Shown: positions 1 through 10,987 of the stretch, one piece after another | Layout of the letters: each line of letters starts with the position of its first letter | Numbering within the stretch: the stretch's first letter is position 1 | Origin: Schizochytrium sp. TIO01 | Lineage: Eukaryota > Protista > Bigyra: Labyrinthulomycetes | NCBI GenBank assembly: GCA_004764695.1 | Contig: SMSO01000031.1 | Span: 3,076,436-3,140,435 of the forward strand | Length of the DNA stretch: 64,000 nt | Reading direction: 5' to 3' | The notes under the pieces: generated by a model | Told to the model about the DNA's origin: nothing | What the model saw: only the letters and a program-made list of their open reading frames with translations | Databases searched by the model: none | Made by a program: the position numbers and the translations under genes

Positions 1-818
1 GTTTTTGCAGTCATGTAATACAACAAGATCGTTCTTTAGGACTTTACAGATGTTTCGACTATCTCTAACTAACAATTAAAATTCAAGTACTCTTACTCTT
101 GAGGTTTAAATCAGTGAAACAGATATTGTCGATCTTGTGTAGAGATCACACCGCTAGGCGTTGAAAGATAGCTATGAGCAATGTAACAATGCGCTGATAT
201 GTTTATGTGCTGCATATTGGCGTTTTTGAGGTGATTGTAACATTCGCAATCATGCGTCATCAGAGAGAGTCGGCATCATCGTTCGTTTCGACTGTCTATG
301 CATGCCGTCAGGTACAAAACTTATCTTCGCATTGGGCCTACTACACCTACATGTATTTAATTGCGAGTTCTGGGCAGAGTCTGTTCCTTCGAACCACTCC
401 CCCTTTTGACTACTACAAAAATTCAGTTCTACCGAAGATTATAAAATCGTGAAGATGCCGACGGGTGTTCATCAGAGAGATATACTGTCCTATCTTCCAT
501 TTATCTGCCTACTTCAATGAAAGTATACTTCACAATATGAGTAAATACAGAGCACGAAGTGAGAGGAAAAAGGAGATCATTTGAACTAAAAAGGTATGAA
601 ATTATTATGTTTGTATGGTGTACGTCTGTCTGTATGCATGCACATGTATTGCCAACTAGCCAGAGCAAGGTGAGACATTCAATGTGAATCGTTTGTGTAA
701 CAAAAGCTTCCCCTGTGAGCATTTTCATCTTCTCCATATTTCATCTCCACCTTTTTATAGAAGATGAGAAATGAACTAGAGTGAGAAAGAGCAGCAGAGG
801 TATGGTACTCTACAAGTC

Positions 819-3077
819 TTACAAGAACTTCTTGCCAGCCTTGGCATAATCCACAGCGATGGGAGCCGGGACAAACTGCTCGCCGTACTGATCAGCCATG
901 CGGTTCATGTCATCGACCCACTTCTGACCAAGGCGATCGAAAATCTTGATGGGGCCACCGCGAGGGATACCAATGCCAGCACCCATGATGGCAGCCATGT
1001 TGGCATCAAGAGGGGATGCGACAACTTCGTCTTGGATACAGTAGAGAGCCTCATTGATGAATGGGTAAGCCACGCGCTTCTGGATCTCCTCCTCAGTGAG
1101 GGTAGGGCCATCACGCTTGAACTTGGCGACGATGCTCTGAGCTTCAGGGTTAATCTCGCGCTTGCCCTTCTTGCCACCAGCGGGGTACTTGTAGAATCCC
1201 TTGCCAGACTTACGTCCAAGCATGCCTGCATCGACGAGAGCCTTCATGAGCTGGGGCTCACCTCCAGACATGCGAACTCCAAGATCAGCAGACATAGTTT
1301 CAGACACATGCATGGCAACATCCATACCGACTTCATCGCAAAGGGTTACAGGTCCCACGGGGTTGCCAAACTTCTTCATGGCCTTATCGACCTCCTCGAA
1401 GCCAGCGCCCTCAGCAAGAAGTGCAGTGGTAGACGCAAGGCTTGTTGCAAGGCAGCGGTTTACGAAGAATCCGGCAACGTCCTTGCAGACCACAACGGTT
1501 TTACCCTGCTTCATTCCAAAGTCAACGGCCTTGGCAATGATCTCCTTGGATGTTCCCTCGTGCGGGATGATCTCCAAGAGCGGCATGCTGGGCACTGGCG
1601 AGAAGTAGTGCATGCCAAGAACGTTCTCGGGGCGCTTGGCACCCTTGGCGATTTCTGCGATAGGGATTGCGGAGGTGTTGGTAGCAATGATGGCGGTCTC
1701 GGGGAGCACGGTCTCAAGCTCTGCGATAACGCGGTGCTTGAGGTTAATCTCCTCTAGAACGGCCTCAATGGCAAGATCCACGGTCTTGAAGTGTACCTTC
1801 CAGTTACTGTCGTTGGTGAGGCCGACAATGCGGGACATGGCTGCGTCGCGCTCGTAGCCGGACATCTTACGCTTCTTGACGCGCTTCTCGAGCTCGCCCT
1901 GAATCTGGCCCAAGCCACGGCTGAGGCCCTTGTCGTTGACATCCTTGAGGACAACATCCATGCCTTTCATGGTGGTGACCTGTGCAATTCCGGCACCCAT
2001 GAGTCCAGCTCCAATTACAGCGAGCTTCTTGACGGGCTCCGAGGGCTTTCCATACTTGTTCTGCTTGAGGGCAGTGCTGCCGAAGAAGATACCGCGAAGG
2101 TTCTCAGAGACCTCAGTCTGTGTAAGCTCTCCGAAGGCTTTGGACTCAGCCTCAAAGCCAGCCTTGGGTCCGTTGTCAGCGCCAGCTCTCACAACGTCAA
2201 GAATCTTCGGAATCGCAGGGTAGAGTCCTCCGGACTGTTTGAGCGCCTGCTTGCTGGCCTGGTCAAAGAGCACCATGCGTCCGAGCGGGTTATCCTCAAG
2301 GATGCGTCCAACAAGGTTCTTCTTCTTGCGTTTCGGCTTGAGCGATCCCTCGGCAATCTCCTTGGCCGCTGCAATGGCTGCTGACCTGAGCGCAAAAGGG
2401 TCGACGACCTCGTCTACAAGCCCCAAGCGCTTGGCCTTGTCAGGCTTGGCAGGTGCACCTGTGAGAATCATCGGGAGGGCATTTTGGATTCCAACTAGCT
2501 GAGGAAGACGCTGGGTTCCGCCAGCTCCAGGGAGAAGTCCAAGTTGCACTTCGGGGAGACCCAGCGAAGTCTTTTTGTTCGATGTGGCGATGCGGTACGT
2601 GCAAGCCATAGCAACCTCGAGGCCACCGCCAAGACAGCTTCCATTGATGGCAGCCACGATGGGCTTCTTGCTAGATGCGAGGCGGTCGCACATGGCCTGG
2701 CCCATCTTGGAAGCGGCCTCAGCGTCAGCTGCAGACTTGATGGCATCGAGTTCCTTGATGTCGGCACCGGCGATAAAGTTGTCCTTTTTGCCGGAGATGA
2801 GAACAGCAGCCTTGATGGAGGAGTCCTGCTCGAGAGTGTCGAGAAGGTCGGAGAACTCAGATTGCATTTTGGTGCTGATTGTGTTCACCTTGGCGTCGGG
2901 GTCGTCGAGTGTCACAACTGCAACGCCGTCAACCTTCTCGAGGGAGAAACGGCCTCCGGTGGCAGCTGCGGACAACATCGCTACACGCTGCTTGGCAAGG
3001 CCAAGAGGTGCAGATGCCGGGTTGACGGCCTTCGCCGAGGCACCGGCCTTACGCGCCGTCATCTTCATAGCGAGCAT
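819..3077 (-). CDS. HADHA: Mitochondrial trifunctional enzyme subunit alpha (enoyl-CoA hydratase / 3-hydroxyacyl-CoA dehydrogenase; FadJ-like)
   Basis: 752-aa intronless ORF. Crotonase motifs FIAGADI, GSCLGGGLE, LGLPEVQLGLLPGAGGTQRLP; Rossmann VIGAGLMGAGIA; dehydrogenase motifs ATNTSAIPI, GMHYFSP, GRKSGKGFY. The first ~40 aa are basic/Ala-rich and acid-free, like a mitochondrial presequence. Confidence 0.95.
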   Translation of the reverse strand: MLAMKMTARKAGASAKAVNPASAPLGLAKQRVAMLSAAATGGRFSLEKVDGVAVVTLDDPDAKVNTISTKMQSEFSDLLDTLEQDSSIKAAVLISGKKDNFIAGADIKELDAIKSAADAEAASKMGQAMCDRLASSKKPIVAAINGSCLGGGLEVAMACTYRIATSNKKTSLGLPEVQLGLLPGAGGTQRLPQLVGIQNALPMILTGAPAKPDKAKRLGLVDEVVDPFALRSAAIAAAKEIAEGSLKPKRKKKNLVGRILEDNPLGRMVLFDQASKQALKQSGGLYPAIPKILDVVRAGADNGPKAGFEAESKAFGELTQTEVSENLRGIFFGSTALKQNKYGKPSEPVKKLAVIGAGLMGAGIAQVTTMKGMDVVLKDVNDKGLSRGLGQIQGELEKRVKKRKMSGYERDAAMSRIVGLTNDSNWKVHFKTVDLAIEAVLEEINLKHRVIAELETVLPETAIIATNTSAIPIAEIAKGAKRPENVLGMHYFSPVPSMPLLEIIPHEGTSKEIIAKAVDFGMKQGKTVVVCKDVAGFFVNRCLATSLASTTALLAEGAGFEEVDKAMKKFGNPVGPVTLCDEVGMDVAMHVSETMSADLGVRMSGGEPQLMKALVDAGMLGRKSGKGFYKYPAGGKKGKREINPEAQSIVAKFKRDGPTLTEEEIQKRVAYPFINEALYCIQDEVVASPLDANMAAIMGAGIGIPRGGPIKIFDRLGQKWVDDMNRMADQYGEQFVPAPIAVDYAKAGKKFL

Positions 3078-5016
3078 CTTGACGAACTGAGCGAGATCTA
3101 AGAATTAGAATCAACGAACTGTTGCTAATCCAGCAGCGTCGATTATCTTCGTTCGAACCCTCGTTCAAGTTATGCCGCAGGTTTAGGGTGTCTGGGTGCC
3201 AAGCCACGGCCGCGAGATGCGATTCGCGATGGCCTTCGACTACCTAGCCTGCCACGGCAGCGATTCGGAAATGCTGCAATGCGAGCGATGATGCTCTTCG
3301 AACAAGCAACAGACACTTACTTACTTGGTCCTTGACGGTCCTTCAAAACTTTAGAACTACTTACTTACCCTCTAAACCCCAACTACAAAAAAGATAGTCA
3401 CTCATCCATTCTACTTTCGTTAGTAAGTAAGTAATGCCAGTACTTACCTACCTACCTACCTGCTAAGCATTACCTACCTAACTCTACCACATACAACACA
3501 AAGAAAGAAACAAAGAAAGAAAGAAATCTTTTGGTAAAAACCTCACGAAAGAAAACCCACGGAAAACCCCATCGAAGGAAGGGAAATGCATTTCTGCGGA
3601 GAGCAAGCACTGTTCGCAGCGAGGTTAGTCCTACAGCCCATCTACGCAGACGCCTCGCTCGTACCTACCTTCGCACAATCCAGCCAAAGCGACAGCGACA
3701 CAGAGAGTCCTCGATTTCTCCCAAGAATGAATGAAGGCTCTTAGCAGCCCCTAAGGCTCTGCTACCTTCTTTCTTTCTCTCTCTCCCTCTCTTTCTTTCT
3801 CTCTCTCTCTTTCAATTCTCCTCTCTTCGCTGAGGAGGAAGGGAGGTACTAAGCGAGCCTAGCTAGGCGCGTAATAGCCTCGAAGATGGCAGTAAGCAGG
3901 AGCGTAAAGAGGATCCTCCCTTTTCAATCTCCCTTTGTTTCCACAAGAGCACTAAAAGTGAGCGCATGAAAGAGAGAGAGAAAGGTGTAATGGAGAGGCC
4001 GCCATTGCGTTTCTCTGGCGCCGCTAGCGAGCCCGTAGAGACTGCTACGCCGGCGGAGGCCTTTTCTGCGCGCAAGCAAAGAAGAAGAAGACAAATCTGC
4101 TTTGTTTATTGGTTGATGTATTGATTGATGTATTGATTGATTGATTGGTTGGTTGGTTGATTCACGATGGTTTCAAGGAAAAGGAAGAGAAATTGCAATT
4201 CTCTTCATTTCATTCCATCATTTGATGGTACTGTGCATCGATGCGTCTATGAATCTATGTGTTTGCATGCCATATACTAGTATATATAGATATAGATATA
4301 TAAAAAGATATATGTATATAGATAGATAATATAAAGATATATATAGATAGATAGAAATAGATATATATATATGTTCGGTATGTTGGAATGTGTTTATTTA
4401 CCGATGGGCAAAAAAGGTGCTGCTCCAGAGGGAGAAGCGATCGCGCAGGCTGGCTGTCTGTGGCGCAGCGAAGGCGGGCCCCTCGCTGCTCTCTCCTCGG
4501 CCTCCGCAGCGGCCTCAGGCGACGGAGAGGTCTGCGGAACTCGGCGACTTATTATTGGGCATCGACGATCTTCTTCTTCGATTCGTCCATCCTACTTCTT
4601 CAACAGTTCGCAACGACGATCCTCTCGTCCTGGCCCACTCCTAGTGGCAGATAACGTTAACCGGTAGGACTCCGGATCCTCGCTCGAGGCCAACTTGGAT
4701 CCTCGCTCGAGTTTGCTCGTTTCCGCTCCAGTCCACTCCAAAGAGTCCACGCACGCACGGCGGGGCTGCGAAGGAGGGCGTGGAGGAGACGGGATCAGGG
4801 AGGGAGGAGCCGCCGCAGAGGCAGCTGGCTGGCGCGGCTGGCGGCTCAGCTGCGCACGGCTGCGAAGAACCGCTGTCTCCGCAATGACGATGACGCTTCC
4901 GCAGTGTAAAGAGAGAAAGAGAGAACAGAGAGAGAAAGAACGCGAAGATTGCCACAAAAAGAACAGAGAGAAAAGGATCCATTGAAGAAAAAGGGAGAAT
5001 CGTTGCTTCGTTATTG

Positions 5017-5182
5017 TGTATGTATGTATGTATGTATGTATGTATGTATGTATGTATGTATGTATGTATGTATGTATGTATGTATGTATGTATGTATGTA
5101 TGTATGTATGTATGTATGTATGTATGTATGTATGTATGTATGTATGTATGTATGTATGTATGTATGTATGTATGTATGTATG
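5017..5182. repeat. (TATG)n microsatellite, ~41 perfect units
   Basis: Directly visible; it generates the spurious MYVC/IHTY ORFs. Confidence 0.98.
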
Positions 5183-5362
5183 GACGATAAGGAAAGAAAG
5201 GAGACGACGATCTTAAGGAGAATTGTAATCTGTGATCTGAAATCTGTGACCTGAGGCGGCAAATGCACGGGGCAAGCAACTTCGGCGAGCACACTTGAAG
5301 TTCTGCGAGTTCCTGTTCGTAGCTGCCTAGCTAAATTATGATCCGCAGAGCGCACAAAAGAC

Positions 5363-5476
5363 ATTTATTTATTTATTTATTCATTTATTTATTTATTTAC
5401 ATTCATTCATTCGTTCATTCGTTCATTCGTTCATTCGTTCATTCGTTCATTCATTCATTCATTCATTCATTCATTT
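5363..5476. repeat. Compound (ATTT)n/(ATTC)n/(GTTC) microsatellite
   Basis: Directly visible tetranucleotide runs. Confidence 0.9.
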
Positions 5477-7867
5477 GGTCAGTTTTCCATGTGGAACTGT
5501 AATAGATATACATATACGTACCGTGTAAAAGGATAAGAATGCAATGCGTGCGTGCGTTTCCTAAGGCTGAGAACCCGACCAGCACAGGGAAAGCCGAGAA
5601 GCAAGCAGCCTGACGCAGGCTCTGCAGGCTCTGCGAAGAAGGTCTCGGCAGTCCTGGCGAGCGCCTCCCAGCTTGCTTGCTTTCTTCCCAGACTACTTGA
5701 GGTGGCGGAGCGCAGAGATCTCAAGGAATCCAAGGCCTTATGAAGAAGGGAAACAATTGATTCGAAGCACATCAATCATTGACTTCATGCTCAAAGGGAA
5801 GAAAGAAAGAGGGGGACACCTCTTTCACTTCCTGCTGGAGTGCTGTGGTTTAGAATATGTGAACGGGTAGGGACTCCGCGGGGCTGTTTACATGGATGGG
5901 TGTAAGGTTGAGGCGATTGCAATGCCAATCGTTGATTGCACTGATTCGATTGAAGTTGCGCTCTCGCGATCTTGGCCATACTTGTCTCTAGGTTTGTTGG
6001 TCCATATCGGGGTCGCGTGGATATAACTTTCCAACAGCTCGATAGTTGTTTACGGCGTGTCTCGGAGGGCTGCTCATTGTCGTTGGCGAATTTGCTTCCT
6101 TTGTTTTCAGTTTGGTATTGAAATGTTGTCATATTTATGATGATTGTGATTTACATACATGCATTTCTAGGTACCTATCTACCTAATAACCACGGTATCT
6201 TATCGTTAGACTCTTGTTGAAGATGGACCCGACAGGAATGTTGATTGGCTCGCGCCCATGCATGAATCACCTGCCCACATGCGCTCAAAATAACAACACG
6301 GACGCAAACGAGAGTGACGTCAAAGGGGCAGTACGGTCGCTGCGATGCTGAAGCACTAAGAGTTGGGTTTAATCTATAAAAATTGGAAAGCTTGTAATTC
6401 CTATGGTGACGACGTAGGGCCAAGGCCCAATCGCGGGATTAAGAACTAATCCGCGACTCAAAGACAATATATAAATCCTGACCTTGAATAGGTAGCGCAA
6501 AAGGATGCCTCTGGCAGCGTGGGTATCACGATCAGCTATGTGTTTGTTTGCATTTGGAACATTGTAAGACCTTGGAGGTTCCTAGCTTGTCGTGGATGGT
6601 ACGACATTCATTACATAATTTTGGAGTGCACGCTGAAGATCACCCATCTAGCGTTTGAAATCCTCTTTTGACTTGGCGAATGACACCCTGGTGTACATAA
6701 AGAAAAGCACGGTCAGTGATGCATTGCTCACGGCCATTGGAACAAACCGCAGCCATAGATGCGCTCAACATCGTCATTTGCGCATATGCATTTGCCCTGA
6801 AGAAACGCCCGAAGGGCAGTTGCTGAGACGCCAAACTTCTGGTTGAAGTACTTTCCTGGCTTGTATTGGAGGTTTGCTTCAGTTGTAGCTTTTGGAGGTT
6901 GGTGGTTGCTTGACCATGCCCTTTTCTACCTAACTAACATCCATTCTTAACAAAGACCTAAAGAACTATAAAATCTATTTACATGGAATATAAACTACTA
7001 TTTGGAGTTATACAAGGCCTAGCATTTTCTCCACTTCTGTAAGCTGCCTTAGCTCATTAATTTGGGCAGAAAATATTTTTTGCCGCTTCAATGTTAGCCT
7101 TGCTTGCAAGTTTTGATCTATTTGGGTAATTTCGTTCGAATTTTCATCTAAACTTATCCAACTAGCTGGATCACTAACGTCCGCAATGCAAATGTGTAAT
7201 TTGAAATAAAGTCTTTGGAGCTGCAAAATCAGAAGAGCGATGACCAAAACAATGAATGATGCATTGAAAGAGAATATGTCTCTAGCATCACTTAAGTGAG
7301 TCGTCAAAATTTGTGGAATTACTGGGCGATTAGATTCATTAGGTACACCTTGCCGTCGTGGATCGGATTCTCCTGTGCAAACATGTTTTTCAGAGCTCCC
7401 TTGTCTATTTGAATGGCGCCAAGAGCAAATGATACAATATAAGCAACTAGTAAACTAGATGACTGACCATGATTTATTATAAATACTATTCTAATTAAGT
7501 AAAGAAAAAGAAAAACACAACAGAAGATTTTTAGTTTTAGAACAAGTCGCTCTTTAAAATTAAAAAATAAAGAAATAAGATATTGGGGCGGAAAACAGAT
7601 CATGCTATGAGAGGAAAGTGATGAGGAACTTTGATCGTTAAATAGATGCCACGCACTATCAACGAATACCAGTGGAAATAGTATAGTTCCCAACAAGTAA
7701 TTGGCTTCGCGAGACTCGCATTTTCGGCGAAGAGCCACGGTGGCAGAATATGACAGTTCAAACAGAATTCACTAACATAAAACCAGTGTATAGGAAATGT
7801 CTCCACAGAAGATACAAAAACAGAAAGCGAAGCAAAGTTACACTGCAAGAGAAGATATCCAATATCC

Positions 7868-10800
7868 TCAGTTCTGTGAGTTAAACTCGATAGTCTTCGA
7901 GACCCACACCAGAGCCCAAATCCATGGCGCATTCATGGCAAACGACGTAAACAACATAGCCCAACCCCATAGCTCCCATCGGCGGATGGCACTGCGTACA
8001 GCAAGACGAATAGCCTCCTGCATGGTATCACCCTTCTCTGTAACCCTCTCAGGATAAACGATGTCACCACGATCATCTACGCTGATTAGCACACTAAAGT
8101 TGCGCACGACGACGTACCGCCAGAGAACACGAACGAGTGCGCGACTTCCCATGACACGAGAGATATTGAGGATGATGAAGACAGCCATTACAGAAATTCC
8201 TGCAAATAAGGTGGCATGTAACCAATACTCGCTCGAACAGGAAGCGTCAAACATAACCGAGCGCAATAAATCCGTATCCGGGCCTTCTGCCTGGCTTTGA
8301 ATCTGATCCTTGCCACGAATTGATGCGCAGCCTTGGACATTTGTACAGTTGTAAATTGCGCTGGAGGACAGTGGGCCAAACACATAGTCAAAGTTAGGCC
8401 TCGACGTACGGTACTGGAAATTCTCGCCGAGCTGAGTATCGATATAGGCCAGATTCAGACACTCTACAAGAGCAGCATTCTGGCTAACGGTAGAATAAAA
8501 TCGTTTGTTCAACTCATTGAAGCGGTCTACCTGAGCATTATATAAGACTGTGTCATCGAAGGATTGTTTGCTGCACTCTACATCCTTTCCAACGTTGATG
8601 TCGTCGGTGCGAGACTGAGCGAGAGCATCGCCGTCGGAGCAGGCAAACTGGAAAACAGCACTATATGCATTACGATAAAGCATTGTACCGTTTGCTTCCC
8701 CAGCTTCAATACCACGCCAGTCAGTCGATGTGCACGAATCAACATATTCGTAGTAAAGTGGACTGTAAGCATACCAAAAACTGGAAAACACAACCGCTAC
8801 TGCAGTCACAGAAAGTAGCGTGATTACAATAGGGTTGAGGATAAGTGCAGCCATTTTTTGCAACGGGGTTTGTTGAGGGCCCCAGCCTGCGCCATAATCC
8901 GACTTAATACGGGCATCACCCGGTGGTGTGGCCAATCCAGTTAGCGACCAGTACTTCTGGATGATTAAAAACGTTTGAAAGATGCGAAAGATAATGTCAA
9001 AGATCAAAATCAAGTCGCTCATTTCCTCAATGCCACCAGAAACTTGAGCAATAATGCTATCATCATAAGCATAAAAATCCCATTCGGAATGGTCTGTTAA
9101 CTTTGCTAGGACATCAGATGACGAGATATTTGCCTCTATAGTCTCAGAGCTCACATCAGAGCTCGCATCTTCCACAGCATCAGCGCTTGACGATGAACTA
9201 AGGCTGCTCAGACCATCAGAAAAAGATGTCATGAAAGCATCTCCGCTTTGACTGAAAGAATCAAGAGTAGCATTAAGGTCGACATTGACATCAGGAGGCT
9301 GGTAATCGTCCGTCCATCCAGCTTCCCAGCCGACTGAGTTCTGGCGAACTGTATCTTGCTCCGACTCAAGGCTGGCCCCTTCGGAAGACAAACCACCCGT
9401 CATGGAAGCAAACATGCTGTCAAACCCATCTGTAACTGCAGAGGTTCCCATCACCCCCGAGAATGAATAGACAGTTGGGTCAAAGTCAGGTGCAGCAGAG
9501 TCTGATTCATCCGGAACAATTCCAACGCTACCAATTGCATCTGTGATGAGACCAAAATTATTGCGAAGGGTTGTGATGGTCTTATTGTACTCCACCATTT
9601 GTGCCTCAGCAGATGCTTTGTAGCTGATTGCCTGGTTTTGAAGGTTCGTAAAAAAAGAGGTCGAGGACGTCGCCATCGACTCAAGCTTTTTAAAGATAGG
9701 TGTACCACTTGAGCAAGTGCCATCTGCAACCATACATTCCTTCAATTCATCAGTAAATCCCATAACATTATCAAAGCTGGCTGACATGTTGTGAACGCTT
9801 CCTGCCATCTTTTGTTGCGTATCTTGGATATCAAGAGTCTTATTTGCAAAGTACTCATCATCATAGCGACGTCGGCGCTCAAGCTGATAAGCAAGATCTT
9901 CAGCAGCCTTTTCGGATGTATCCCGGTATGCAGATGCGGCATTGAGAGAATTGATGGCAGATGCTTCACCAGCAATAATACCATCCATCAATTTGCATTC
10001 TTCTGCTGTAGATGATGTACGAAAATTAGCGTTACTCAAGTCTATGTCGCCTGCGGTTTCCAGCTGATCAAGTCGAGTTTGAGTTATATTGTAGTATGCC
10101 TCTACAAAAGTGATATTTCCTGCAAGCCAGTCAAGTTGGTTTTGGTTGAAGACTTTCCAGGTGTCCCGACGGATATTTTCCTGACGATAGGTTCGATTAA
10201 AGTCCTCTTCACAAATGTCTGCGACATTACTCACATCTTGTGCGTACTGTCCACGAGCCTCAATCGAGGTGGCATATGCAAATGAATTAATGTCCGTCAC
10301 AGTTTGCAGAGCAGGAACTGGAATAAAATTGCTCACAATCCAACGCGCCACGCCATACGATGTAAGCCACAACCAACAAACTGCAATGAGAGCAAGCCAT
10401 ACGCGTTGTGCAATTTTCTTTTCTGCAAGTTGATGACCTGCTGCCATGCCCGCGCCGCGCACGCCGCCCCGTACCTTTGCAACTGCAAATTCACGTTTGG
10501 TTGCTGTGCTAGGCAATGTGCCTGCTTCAACAGTCTCAAGGTCATCCTCATTCGAGGAAGCTCCATCTTCTTCGAAAGCATACTCTGCAGGCTGATCGGG
10601 ATCACGTTGTAAAATCTTTGGTATAAGCGTGCTCCTTCGTGCCCCACGCGTGAACAGCGTGCTCCTGCGACCTGCAAATGTACCTCTTCGATGGCCTCCC
10701 TTTATGCTGGCTCGGCCAGCCACATAATCATCTTCCGCATCCCCATCTATTGCATCAGAGTTTTCTACGTGTGATGTTCTTCGACCGGCAAGTTGGCTCA

Positions 10801-10987
10801 AGCGTCCGCTCAAGCGTCCACTGGCGCGTCCAAGTCTCGCAGAAACCCTAGATACGAAAACCCACGGGGAATGGTCTACCTCCTCCTCAGAAGGCAAAGG
10901 TCCTGACGGCCGAGGTGGAACTGGTCGAGACCTTGGCGGAGGACCTGCAGGCACTGGTGGCGTGGCACCGTCCTGTCTGTGATACAT
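7868..10987 (-). CDS. Uncharacterised five-TM glycoprotein, subtype A copy 1 (A1)
   Basis: Intronless ORF >1000 aa. Start at ATG 10987 (MYHRQ) chosen by comparison with A2; the upstream ATG at 11062 is also possible. Five hydrophobic segments, two large Cys/N-glycosylation-site loops; collinear with 18743-21877 (shared KYWSLTGLATPPGDARI, YPERVTEKGDTMQEAIR). Confidence 0.9.
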   Translation of the reverse strand: MYHRQDGATPPVPAGPPPRSRPVPPRPSGPLPSEEEVDHSPWVFVSRVSARLGRASGRLSGRLSQLAGRRTSHVENSDAIDGDAEDDYVAGRASIKGGHRRGTFAGRRSTLFTRGARRSTLIPKILQRDPDQPAEYAFEEDGASSNEDDLETVEAGTLPSTATKREFAVAKVRGGVRGAGMAAGHQLAEKKIAQRVWLALIAVCWLWLTSYGVARWIVSNFIPVPALQTVTDINSFAYATSIEARGQYAQDVSNVADICEEDFNRTYRQENIRRDTWKVFNQNQLDWLAGNITFVEAYYNITQTRLDQLETAGDIDLSNANFRTSSTAEECKLMDGIIAGEASAINSLNAASAYRDTSEKAAEDLAYQLERRRRYDDEYFANKTLDIQDTQQKMAGSVHNMSASFDNVMGFTDELKECMVADGTCSSGTPIFKKLESMATSSTSFFTNLQNQAISYKASAEAQMVEYNKTITTLRNNFGLITDAIGSVGIVPDESDSAAPDFDPTVYSFSGVMGTSAVTDGFDSMFASMTGGLSSEGASLESEQDTVRQNSVGWEAGWTDDYQPPDVNVDLNATLDSFSQSGDAFMTSFSDGLSSLSSSSSADAVEDASSDVSSETIEANISSSDVLAKLTDHSEWDFYAYDDSIIAQVSGGIEEMSDLILIFDIIFRIFQTFLIIQKYWSLTGLATPPGDARIKSDYGAGWGPQQTPLQKMAALILNPIVITLLSVTAVAVVFSSFWYAYSPLYYEYVDSCTSTDWRGIEAGEANGTMLYRNAYSAVFQFACSDGDALAQSRTDDINVGKDVECSKQSFDDTVLYNAQVDRFNELNKRFYSTVSQNAALVECLNLAYIDTQLGENFQYRTSRPNFDYVFGPLSSSAIYNCTNVQGCASIRGKDQIQSQAEGPDTDLLRSVMFDASCSSEYWLHATLFAGISVMAVFIILNISRVMGSRALVRVLWRYVVVRNFSVLISVDDRGDIVYPERVTEKGDTMQEAIRLAVRSAIRRWELWGWAMLFTSFAMNAPWIWALVWVSKTIEFNSQN

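Noticed and set aside
905-3101. Several long overlapping and antisense ORFs across HADHA
   Set aside because: Shadow ORFs caused by the strong codon bias of the real gene; no protein motifs.
3098-3324. Possible 5' UTR intron of HADHA (GTAAGT at ~3320, CTAAT..TAG at 3098 on the minus strand)
   Set aside because: The signals are plausible but short and common in this TAAG/TACC-rich region; not supportable without transcripts.
4641-5364. IHTY/MYVC repeat ORFs
   Set aside because: Translations of the (TATG)n microsatellite.
7008-7738. AT-rich ORFs of 99 and 139 aa downstream of A1
   Set aside because: Non-ATG starts, low-complexity hydrophobic bias from T-rich DNA and no recognisable motifs; a decayed gene remnant cannot be excluded.
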